From NCBI RefSeq assembly GCF_006345805.1, contig NC_042998.1, positions 111,662,001-111,726,000 of the forward strand: a stretch of 64,000 bases of DNA. The letters are read 5' to 3'. The translations under genes and the position numbers were made by a program. Shown here piece by piece: positions 13,406-24,900 of this stretch. The notes under the pieces were generated by a model. It made no database searches. It was not told the origin of the DNA and was given only the letters and a program-made list of their open reading frames with translations. This stretch comes from Octopus sinensis. Lineage: Eukaryota. Numbering within the stretch: position 1 is the first letter of the stretch; every line of letters begins with the position of its first letter.

Positions 13406-13977
13406 TTGCCAGCTTGCCGCTTTTAATGTTGAATAATAAACAAGTACAAGATGAGAAATATTCATTCTATGACTACCAGCTGCTACATTACATCAACAGT
13501 TGTGTAGCAATGACGGTTCGTTCTTGAAAAAAGTCACACTATACATAAAATCCCTTGGTTCGTACTACTGCAGGCGACTTCAACATAATGTACATAAGAC
13601 ATCTTAAAAGCCTCACTAACATAATGTAGACAAACTGAAAGATGTCGGACAAGGCTGGTTAATGCGGTGTAACACCGTGGTTGAGTGATTTTCAAAATGG
13701 AATAGAATAGAATTTGAGCAAATGAAAGGAAATATATTTTCAATAACAAGGTAATTCGAGTTGAACCAAAATTTACGCGAAGACAAAATCTGAACATCTA
13801 TTTGATCGAAAATTACAACCGAACTTCTAATATATTGCCAGAGAGTATTGAATAACCAGAACAGTCTTTAATAAAAGTAGCAATAATGGTGATAATTAAC
13901 AATAGATATAAATTGGCAGAAAACATTTATTTACTCCCACTTTCAATTAATGTTTTCTAGCCATTTATTTTTATAGT

Positions 13978-14493
13978 TAACTAGCAGTATCGCCCAGCGT
14001 TGCTCGGGTTTGTAAGGGAAATAACTATATAAGCATTTTTAGAGAGTTACTTCCCTTATAGATGCCAATTCGGGCTTTCTTAGCCATTTCTGTTTTGGTG
14101 TCTTCAAGCCATGAAGTCGTTGTTCTAAAAGAACGCTGGTCTCCTTGACAACGCTTTACGACGTTGATTTCCTTACACTCCCTTCCCCACAGCTTCACGA
14201 GGGAGGGAAGAAGGGGGAGAAGCAAACAGGTGCAGGTGTGACCATGGACGCCAACTCCGCCGCCATCGACACACGAAAAATTATGCATTAAAATGGAATA
14301 AAAAATGATGTTAAATTATTTTTTAAATCGTAGACTCATCGTAGACGCGTGCTAATACTCAGACGGGCTCGATATGAATCACGACTATAAGATACCCGAA
14401 TTTGGTTAAACTGCACCGCAAAATGTGGGAGTAGTTAGGAATCTAAATCGAAGGGGACAGACACTCACACAACTACAGTTTTATATATATAGA
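13978..14493 (+). mobile_element. Helitron/Helentron-associated (HINE-like) non-autonomous element
   Basis: Starts AACTAGCAGTATCGCCCAGCGTTGCTCGGG (short subterminal IR) and ends GACAGACACTCACACAACTACAGTTTTATATATATAGAT, a HINE-like layout. Confidence 0.55.
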
Positions 14494-14582
14494 TTTAAGC
14501 ACATACGAATTCAGTAAAGATCAAGGCCAGGCTGGGGAGTAATTAATGTTAATAATATGGACATTAATATAAGTTAATGCTA

Positions 14583-15120
14583 AGGCGGCGAGCTGGCTGA
14601 ATCGTTAGCGCTCCTGGCACTCCGTCAGTTACAACGACGAGGGTTCCAGTTGATCCGATCAACGGAACAGCCTGCTCGTGAAAACAACGTGCAAGCGGCT
14701 GAGCACACCACAGACACGTGTGCCCTTAACGTAGTTCTCAGGAAGATTCAGTGTGACACAGAGTGTGACAAGGCTGACCGTTTAAAATACAAGAACTATT
14801 CACTGGAATAAAGTGAAATAAAGTGTCTTACTCAAGGACACAACGCGTCACCGGGAATTGGACTCAAGACCTTATGATCGTGAGCCTAATACCCTAACCA
14901 CTAAACTACGCGCCTTCACCCATAATCGTTAGCACGCTGGGCAAAATGCTTAGCAGCACTTCGTCCATCATTATGTTCTGAGTTCAAATTCCGCCAAGGT
15001 CAACTTTGCCTTTCGCCCTTTTGGGGTCGATAAAATAAGTATTAGCTGAACACTGGGTTCAACGTGATCGACTTAACCCTCCCCCGAAATTACTGGTGTT
15101 GTACTAAAATTTGAAACCAA
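14583..15120 (+). mobile_element. SINE family A interrupted by a family B-related SINE (14617-14919, minus strand)
   Basis: Family A head at 14583; the motif AATCGTTAGC is duplicated on both sides of the inner element, and the A body resumes at about 14925. Confidence 0.8.
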
Positions 15121-15741
15121 TATACGTTATTGCTGCTCTAGAAGTACGAATAAGGCAGAAAACCTATATCAATATATATCATAAACATTATTTGATTTAT
15201 CTAATTACTTATGTAATAAGTAATTAAATAAATCAAATTATGTAATAAAAGATAGCAGTATAAATTATAATAACCGTAGAAACTGTAATAATAATTATAA
15301 TAACGGATGTTCATAAGAAATTAGAAAAAAAGAAACTATTATATCAAAAGATGTGTAAATAAAGCCACAAAAAAATATCGATAAGCATTTAGTCCAACGT
15401 GCAAACGCTTCAATCAGCTGGCCACATTATTTAGAAACACTTATATATCTCAAATGTAGGCACACTAGAAGAAAGCATGGCTATTCAAACCGAAGCCATA
15501 GAAGCAAGAATATTTTCAGAAATTACATTTCAGATAAGTCTTGCAGGTGTAACACTACAGTAAGCTGCGAATCAACAAGTTAAAGAAGGAGCCTCTACAC
15601 ACCTGTTCGACTTGTTACAAATAGCAGTCAAATTTTCTTTTATTGTTCACTACTAGCTTTAAAAACAAAATGACACATTGATATTTCGTTTTTGGATTTG
15701 GTTTGCAATATTCTTTATATGAGTTCGTGTGTTAAAGCATA

Positions 15742-15980
15742 TTCTGTTGTGTCTGGGGAGAGTCATTTTCTTTTTGTGCCTTATAATGTAACACACTCAC
15801 CGGTAAAATTTCCACTTTTTTTCTTATTTTTATTGACTATAGTCTTGACTATTGAAAAGGTTGCAAGACGCAACGAAAATTTTAGAAAAATAAAAATAAG
15901 AAAAAAGTGGTAATTTTACCGGTGAGTGTGTTACATTATATGGCACAAAAAGAAAATGAGTCTCACCAGACACAACAGAA
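15742..15980. mobile_element. MITE with long (about 85-bp) terminal inverted repeats
   Basis: TTCTGTTGTGTCTGGGGAGAGTCATTTTCTTTTTGTGCC..TAATGTAACACACTCACCGGTAAAATT mirrored at the right end. Confidence 0.85.
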
Positions 15981-16379
15981 GATATATTGATATATTGCCT
16001 GAAAATAAAATGAGAGAACTACAGGTAAAACTTCTTCAGTCATAAATCATGCGGACCAGCATCTGTATATAACAAGGTTAGATAGGGAGCTAAATACATT
16101 ACTTTGAGTGTTGTGTGTTCAATTAAAATAAGGAGAAAGGTGTGATGCTAATAGTGATGAAGTATGGAAATATTAACTAAAATAGCAATCAAAATAATAA
16201 AATGCCTTCGAAGTTCATTAGAAACAACTACAATACTAAAAGAATAATCCCAGCGCGATCCTGAATAAAATTATTATATAGCGATCTGGAACCAGTTGTA
16301 ATTCACTCCCAAAGATAAACTCTACCAATAGGCACTTGCATTGGAAAGAATATGATAATAATAAATAGTAATAATAATG

Positions 16380-16985
16380 CTTTCAACTATAGGTACAAGG
16401 CCAGCAATTTTAGTGGGAGGGGGGAGGGAGGGAGTCGATTACGTCGACCCACCAACTGTTACTTAGTTTATCAACTTCGAAAGGATGAAAGGCAAAGTCA
16501 AACTCGGTGGAATTTGAACTCAGAACGTTCATAAGAAATGCCACTGAACATTTTTTCTGGTGTGCTAGCGATTCCGCAAGTTCACCGCTTTAATAATAAT
16601 TACTTCAAATTTTGCCACAAGAGCGACAATTTGGGGGAGGAGAAGAGTCGATTACATCGACCCCAGTGTTCAACAGGTACTTATTTTATCGACCCAGAAA
16701 GGATGAAAGACAAAGTCGACTACGGCGGAATTTGAACTCAGAACGTAGCGACGGGTGAAATACCGCTAAGCATTTCGTCCACAGTGCAAACGGTTTTGCC
16801 AACTCGCCGCCTTAATAGTAACAATATCCTTCCTACAACAGGCAGAAGACCTGAAATTTAGCGGGGAAGCGGATACTCCATTATGTCAACCCTGCCAAGC
16901 GCTCAATTGGTACTTACTTCATCGATACCGAATGGATGAAATGCAACGTCGACTTCAGTGAAATTTGAACTCGGAACGTAAATGC
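16380..16985 (-). mobile_element. Three tandem SINE family A copies
   Basis: GAAAGGATGAAAG..AAAGTC.AC...GGAATTTGAACTCAGAACGT motif repeated at about 16480, 16700 and 16940. Confidence 0.85.
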
Positions 16986-17869
16986 CGCTGAATAATAACC
17001 TAATACTTAAATTAGTTTGCTGCAAAAAAAGGGTTCATTTAACAAATTCTTTTTCTGATATTTCTCTAGAAATATCTTTTATCAAAATAGTTCACCATCC
17101 AATTGTAACCTTAGTACTCATTTGATTCATTGATTAGTTGTAGATCTTGGATCAACGCTTTTCCAAGTAAATCTACAGCATCAGACTTTGAATTATAAAT
17201 AGTAATTTACAAGATTCGAAAAAAATCCGTAGTTCACTCCCTTGTTTGTTATTTCCCTTGTCTAGTAGTATTAAGAGTAGTCTCCCTTACATCAGCAAAT
17301 ACTAATTTTTTTTTACTGGATGCAGATAAGATTTTGTTCTTTAAATTTATGTGCAATAAATAAGTTATACTTCGATAATGCACTAAATATTTTTACTTTT
17401 TTTTTTATAACATTCTTAATAACATTATAGAAATATATTAGCTATTTTAAACATCGAATAGCCATGAAGATCCACCTGAGTAAAATAGGAATCAAAGGGA
17501 GAACCACAACATAGAAGATGGATTTTTTTTAATGTCAACGATGCATAAAAAACTCAGATACACGCACAGAGTATATATTTTCACAAGAGCAACTTTTGAT
17601 CTTTTGCAATTGTTTTACTGATACAGTTATACTTGGGGTGGTCATATTTTGCCAATCAAACACACGCACTAATTGGCAAAATATGACCATCCTCCAAGTA
17701 TAACAATATCTGTTTCAAAACATGACTTCACATCAAGAATCTTGTAAAACAAATACACAAACGTAATTTACTGATATTGCTGTGCTAATTTTCTGTTTTT
17801 TTATCTTGCTTTCCCAGTCTCCCCGGTTAGATTTGAACTAACAATTTTCAAGCCAATAAGCTGTGGAGT

Positions 17870-18099
17870 GCTGCGGCCTTCCTTCGGTAATCTATACTCC
17901 ACCATCATCACTACAAGAACTGGAGACTATTTTAGCAGAAGAATCGACAAAAATTCGTTTGGAAACAATTCAAACTTTGTACGAGTCCATACCTTGTAGA
18001 ATTCAAGCTGTAATTTCTGCCAAAGGCGGTCCTACCCCATATTAAAATAAATACGTTTGAAATTTTAAGGTGTTTCCATTATTTTGTCCAACTCCTGTA
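17870..18099 (+). mobile_element. Tc1-like transposon 3' fragment
   Basis: ELETILAEE...LYESIPCRIQAVISAKGGPTPY-stop, then TIR GGTGTTTCCATTATTTTGTCCAACTCCTG and TA. Confidence 0.85.
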
Positions 18100-18689
18100 T
18101 ACATCTATCTAATCCACCTCTGTAATACTTCCTTTCAATCTCTTCTACATCATTCAATATGAAGTCCTCTCTCTCTCGCTTTTCTTTCGGGGGATGGGGG
18201 TCCCTTCCATATTCCTATAACATGATGGAAAGAGGGAAAATGGTACAGTAAAATGAGAGACGTGACTTAACTTTTATATTGATATAACGTTTCATCATCG
18301 TAACCATTTTACATCTGCTTTCCACACCGCCAAATTTTGGACAGGTCATCATAGCTTCAGTCATTTCTTATGAGAAGCTACTGCTCTTAAAAACTGATGC
18401 TCATACGTTATTTGAACTTGATTTCTACAGTTGATGCCCTTCCTAATGCCAACCACTTTACAGAGTGCACTTTAGTATTAGTCCAATGATTCTCATTGCA
18501 CTATTAGTAAAGCTAAATAAATATTAGCAAGGAAGGACTAACGGAACCTTACAACCTTACACTTCCCCCGTCTGTTTTTCAATCACTTTACAGAATGTAC
18601 TGAGTGTATTTCCATGGCACCAGCACCAGAGAGATAGCCTTGTTCCCCATTTACCTGTAGAGGTGAGTATGGTAGGTTCAGTCGGCATA

Positions 18690-19764
18690 TACGAGGAGCT
18701 ACCCAAAAGTAACTGGAAACGTGCTCTGTGGGACAAGCCCATTGTAGTTCAGGCTTCCACCGCTAGAAGCCACTTGATGCGACCCTCAGACATCAGTCTG
18801 CCGACCGGCGGCTGGGTTAGTCGTACTGTCACGGTGTGTGCCTTTGGTTTGTAGTACTTCACCCCTGTTCGTCGATTTCTACGATGATTGAAATGAAAGA
18901 ACAGCGTGCTTCCATGAAATTCTGTTTTCAGCTAGGGAAAACGGTGGGCGAAACAGTTCTTATGCTTCAAACAGCTTACAAGGGCACTGCCATGAGCAAA
19001 ACACAAGTTTATGAATGGTTTTCACGCTGTAGGAATAGTCACTTGTCACTTGAAGACCAACCTCTTTCGGGACGACCGTCGACCTCCCGAACGAATGAAA
19101 ACATCACGAAAAATCATGAGCTGATCTTGGAGGACCGTCACCAAACAATTGACGAACTTGTTGATATGACTGGTGTGTCCTGGAGCTCCTCCCAACGAAA
19201 TTTGAGCGAGGAATTGCAAATGAAAACAGTTACAGCAAAATTTATGCCTCACTTGCTCATGGAAGATCAAAAGCAGTCATGACTGAATGTGTCGTGAACT
19301 GAAAGAAGAGTTGGAAGTTGACCCGGACCTTTTTACGAAGGTCATCACTGGTAACAAAAGCTGATGCTATGGCTACGACACGGAAACGAAGTAGCAATCA
19401 AGTCAATGGAAGCATTCAATGACACCATGCCCCTAAAAAGTGTGTCAAGTGAAGTCCAATGTCAAGACGATGCTAATTTGTCAGGAATTGTCCACACAGT
19501 ATTTGTTCCTCCTGGTCAAACTGTTAACCAGACATTTTACTTGGCAGTTCTGAAGCATTTGTGAGATGCAGTGAGACAGATGCATTAAAAGGCATCACTT
19601 TGCAAGAGGCCTAGGACTGCTTCAAACAGAGGAAAACACACATCTGGACTGATGCATTGCTTCAAATGAAGAATACTAAGAAAGCAATAAAAGTGTAAAC
19701 ATGTAAAGCTAAGTGAATAAAATGATATTGCAAAATTCCAGTTTCTTTTATGTACCCCCTCGTA
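18690..19764 (+). mobile_element. Mariner transposon with internal deletion in the catalytic domain
   Basis: TIRs TACGAGGAGCTACCCAAAAGTAACTGGAA and TTCCAGTTTCTTTTATGTACCCCCTCGTA; ORF MKEQRASMKFCFQLGKTVGET...SGRPSTS...KFMPHLL. Confidence 0.9.
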
Positions 19765-21329
19765 GACTGAGGAGGGGAATAGGAGAGAGACTTTGTTTTA
19801 AATGTAAATTTAACAGTAAGAGAAGTAACAATATCAAAATCATTCAAGCTTCTGTAAATGCTCAAAATAGTGAAATTCAAGGGGTAGATAAGTTAGTGTG
19901 CCATGAAGAGAAGAGAAATTTGATGTTCCAGATTTATATTTTCATACAAAAGAGAGAAAAAAACTTAATTTCAAAATTAGTATATTTTATCTTCAGGCAT
20001 AGGGCAGTCCCAAAATGGGATAACATGCAAAGGCAGCCCATGGTGTACAAACTCATCAAAACTCACAAACTTCACTATATATTTTTTGTCAACAAAGACC
20101 ATCACTAATTTTCTCATACAGTTTTAAACTTGTTTGTAGATAGTTGTTTGGTTAATTGCTACAGAGTGTAGTACATTGTACTAGTGTGTAGTACAGGCTT
20201 TAAAAGAGACTGTACTACACACTAATATATATAATATAAAGAGGACGTTCATTAACATTGTCTTCAAACAAAATGCTTCAGTGACAACCCAGTCTGGTTT
20301 AATCTTGGTATGTAAATGATACTTATTTTATTGACTAGAATATTAAAGCTGACAGAAAAGGCATCCGAATTCTTGAAGAGTTAGAAAAGGAACTTAAATA
20401 TCATAGTATGTAGTAGATATTTCTTTTCTATTAAACCACATTATCTTGTCATTAACATACACACATGCATGCACACACGCAACTAAAGAACTTTAGAGAA
20501 GTGGAGCATTAAATATAAACCAGACAATACATAATTTATTGTTGCTGACTATAATCAATAGAAGACCAAATCCACTCTATCTAAATACTCTAAGTGTAGG
20601 GTTGCAGGTTCAGTGCTCTACATCTTGTCTTGTTTTTATTACACTTTGTTTTGTGATTCAAGAATCATCTAAGTATAGATGACAACATCTATGATCAATT
20701 AAATAATTGGTGTTACCAAATAAGCTTTATAATAAACTTTAGATAACACCACAAAATCCCCACTAGTTTTCCCTTTAACTCTTCAATAGAACAATTCTTG
20801 TAATCCTTATAATTAAGATTCATTTGTATTTTCATTTGTCACACATTTTCAAACTATAACCAAGCCTTTCATCATCTACTTTACCCCTTCAATAGGGGTT
20901 TATGAACCACTTTAGTCTCCTTCTAATTGACAACTCACTCTAGTGCCAACTCCCAGTTTACAATGAGATTTGTTACTTCTTTCAGAGATAACTAAGGAAA
21001 CTAGCTGTAATGCATCATGTTGTTGTATGTTGTTCAGTGTTACCATGTGCATGATTCAGTGTTACTCAAGACATAACCCACTTTTAGGAGCAGCATTTTT
21101 TATTCAATGTTTGGTCATGTCTTCAAGAAAATAACAAGACATATGTAGACTGAGTTTTTCCTTCAAATCCCATCTTCATGAGAGTTGATGGCTAACAAGT
21201 CTTCATTAAATTAATTGGAATTATGAAAAAGTACATATTCTTCTAAAAACTTGAAGAAAGCTGAAGACATTGTTAGTTGAGATATTATATAGAAAATAAG
21301 CAAAGTGACATTCTGTCAGAATTTTCTGG

Positions 21330-21560
21330 TCAACATGTAGCAGTCTTATATTTAACACATCACACTAGATCAATGTGAATGAGTCCTGCATCCACCACAT
21401 CACACTTATTCAACATGTAGCAACCTCACATTCTCCACATCACACTAGTTCAACATGTAGCAATCTTACATTCCCTTTGTCACACTCGTTCAGCCTGTAG
21501 CAATTTCCCATTCACTACATCATATTTGGTCAATAATGAGTCTTACATTCAGCACATTAC
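21330..21560. repeat. 40-bp minisatellite, about 6 diverged units
   Basis: Unit approximately ACATCACACTAGTTCAACATGTAGCAATCTTACATTCTCC. Confidence 0.8.
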
Positions 21561-21742
21561 TCTTGTGTATTTTACAGCCAGTCAACTGAATAGTGGTGTC
21601 AATGAAAGACATAAAAGATAGAGATGAATAAAGTTAACAGGGTTCAATCAAAGACAAAGAATAATTTTTGTTGTTTTTCGTTTTGTTTTGGAGGGAAGGG
21701 AGTGTTATTGTTTTTTTTGTTTGTTCATTTATTATGTTGCTT

Positions 21743-21919
21743 TCAGTCCGTCTCATGCCTGCCTTTACTGCAACGCAATGCCAATGGCAAATATTTCAGT
21801 GAGCCACCTGATAAACAGAATGCAAGAGCTCCAGTTATAAACATGGTCAAGTAAGCCACTACTATAGTTATTATATACTGGGTTGAAATATGTTCACGAC
21901 TTAAACCATTCAGGTATGT
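21743..21919 (-). CDS. APH1: APH-1 coding exon 6 (terminal)
   Basis: Acceptor ctctttcag; TYLNGL...ITGALAFCLSGGSLKYLPLALRCSKGRHETD-stop (TGA at 21743-21745). Confidence 0.93.
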   Translation of the reverse strand, partial: TYLNGLSREHISTQYIITIVVAYLTMFITGALAFCLSGGSLKYLPLALRCSKGRHETD

Positions 21920-24900
21920 CTGAAAGAGAAACAAGAAACAATTTTATTCAAAAGTTTAAACACTATTTTAATGTAAATGACATAAGACACTCAAACACAA
22001 ATTTGGGATAGAAAAGTTAAGTCTTCACTAATAAGAATTGACCACATATCTATTAGTTACTAGGTAACCAGTATCAATTATACTACAGAGCCTCTGCCAT
22101 TCTTTCTTTTCAAATCATATACAATAATTGAAGTTTTAAGAAACAATGGTTTGATAGAATTATTAAGTGTCAGACAAAATGACCTGCAGCATTTATTCCA
22201 TCTCTTTATATTTTCAGTTCAAATCCCATTGAGGTCAGCTTCATTTTGCGTAGTTCCAAAGTACCAATTTAAAATGATGAATATTTGTTCTAACTCTTTA
22301 CAATGGTAATCTCCTGCAACATAGCTGGTGACAAACTGTATCAGATCTCACCATTCCCTTGAACAACTTCAAATACATGGAGAGGGGATACATGCTACAT
22401 GGACAACCAAAAATGTTCCGTAAAAGACTTTGCCCAAGCCTGTTTCCTGAAGAGGAACTTTCCAGGAAGAGATACAAAATCAACTCTAACTGGCAGAGGC
22501 CTTAGAAACTGTTATTTTAACTTATAATTTGATCATATTCATAGATGTAGTTATTGCAAACATCAAACTGTAGTAAAATACCTCACTATGTTTCACATTA
22601 GTAGATGGATGAAAACATCGATAGAGGCATAAACAACAGTTGATAAGTAGGCCTAATATGCCATATATGGCTTTAAGGCTATCAGTTCTTGTTCTAAAGC
22701 AAAGAAACATGATAGTGATGGCCAGAAAATTACAGTTAATCATATCAATATTACAGACTGAAAAGGATGCTAACTATCAGAATGTGTAACATTAAACTGT
22801 ATTGGTGGACAAAGGTCTGATGTCATCTTCCCTTTCCATTCAAAACCATCTGAGCTTTTCATTCAAAGGTCAATAAAATACTCCTTGTACTGGGAAGAGA
22901 TACACACTGAGTAATGTATGATCAAACATACTAAGATGGCACTGGACAAGGTATTATATTACATGCTAGTAGATCATACTGGGATGAAGTACACATTATG
23001 TATTGTAAAGTATTGGTGTGTAGATAATGTGGTCAAAATCATTAAGGTGTTTCATTGTTTTTGTTCAAAATAACTTGTTAGAAAGGGCATGTTGGCATTA
23101 GGAAGGGCATCCAGCCGTAGAAACATTGCCAGATCAGACTGGGCCTGTTGCAGCCTTCTGGCTTCCCAGACCCCAGTTGCACCGTCCAACCCATGCCAGC
23201 ATGGAAAGTGGATGCTAAACGATGATGATGATGATGTCTCAGTTCACCATGAGAGAATTACCTGACAGTGGATTGCCACCTTATTAAGGAGGAGATTTAC
23301 TTATCCACTTAGCACTCTGAAAATGTTTTTGAAAAAACAATGACTCAGCTTTGACAGGTTCCTAAATATCATATTGTCACCATCACCATTTAACATTTGT
23401 ATTCCTATAAGTTGGATGCTTCAACAGGATCCAACTAACCTGGGGGCTGCATTAGTTTCCAATGTTTCCTTTGATAAAGTTTCTACAGCTAGATGCCCTT
23501 TCTAATGTCAACCACTTAACAAAATATACTGGGTGCTTTTTTCAAGGCACCATCACTTGTCTGCTTAGTAAAGGTTTACACTTTCATAGAAACAACTTCT
23601 TTTAAAATGAATTAACAAAACTTCAAAAACTTCAACTAGGTAATAATTACCACTATAGAGTTTTAGTAACTTTGCATGTTGAGGAGAGAAAAGAAAACTG
23701 AGAGAAAAGAGATTTTTCAACTGAATTAATTACTACTACTTACAATGAATATAAGATATTAGTAGTGACATTAAAAACAATAAGGGACACTAGATATTAC
23801 TTACCACAGAAGATGTGAGCATGTGGCTTAAGATTACAACAGCTACCCATATGTACTTCTTTTTATCCCAAGCAAAGAAACAGATGATGCCCCAGAAAGT
23901 GTGTAGGAACACAAATGACAATGTCAGGAAAGCTAAACAAAGAGAAACAAAAGAAAATCAGTTAAGCTTTATAAAACCACTGAAATTCAGTGAGATTAGT
24001 AGTTATTACACAAATTAGTGACTTTTAAAAACTTTTCAGCCTTGATTAGTTACTCATGTCACATTATCTTCTTGATCAAGGCAATGAAATCCAACATGTA
24101 AATTCTCTCTCTCTTTCGGAGAGGCACTGAGCAGCTATACGCACACATACACACACGGCAGTAACTTCTGCCTACTGAATTCAATCACAAAGCTCCGGTC
24201 GGCTCGGGGCTATAGCAGAAGACACCTACCCAAAGTGCTACGCAGTGGGACTGAACCCAAAACCATGTAGTTAGGAAGCAAGCTCCCTAACCACACAGCC
24301 ATGCCCGCGTCTACTATATATATATATATAGTATATATAATTATATTGTAAAATTAATATGATTGGTACATAGTCTAATTCACATGAAATATCTCAGCAG
24401 GAGTCATTAGTTCAGTGGCTCTCAACCATTTTTTACCTATGGACCCCTTCAATTCCTAATTTACTGGGGGGTTGGGCTCATAACCATTCAATGTCTAAAA
24501 AATCTTATTGTATTTTTAGGATTAAATATTATTAGGAACTGTATGAAAAATTGTTTAAATATTTTGTATATTGTAAACATATAACCAGTTTATTGCACAT
24601 AAATTTTAACAAAATTTGATATGGACCCCAAGGGCCATATGGGCACCTTTTGAAAAACTACTGCTTTAATTGGTAGGCTTAATATACAACCTGGTTTAAC
24701 ATCATCACCTGATTGTTGGGTACCTTTAGCAGAGGCAGTAGTTACTCTGTTCCAAACCTTTAGATTAAAATCCCAATTCACATAAGTACATCAATATCAC
24801 TAATTGGTGAAAGCTGACTAATTTACAGAAAATAAAAGTAACTATATTTCATTATCTGTAAAATAATGAAGGAAAGACATTAGTACTCTTCATTTTTATA

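Noticed and set aside
19713-20108. 131-aa plus-strand ORF
   Set aside because: Starts inside a mariner TIR, AT-rich, no recognisable domain
21330-21560. Regularly spaced repeats (also 30460-30670) as a CRISPR array
   Set aside because: Contiguous diverged tandem units without unique spacers, no cas genes, eukaryotic context
22298-22743. Intronic minus-strand ORFs as extra APH-1 exons
   Set aside because: No APH-1 similarity; the six identified exons already give a complete in-frame protein
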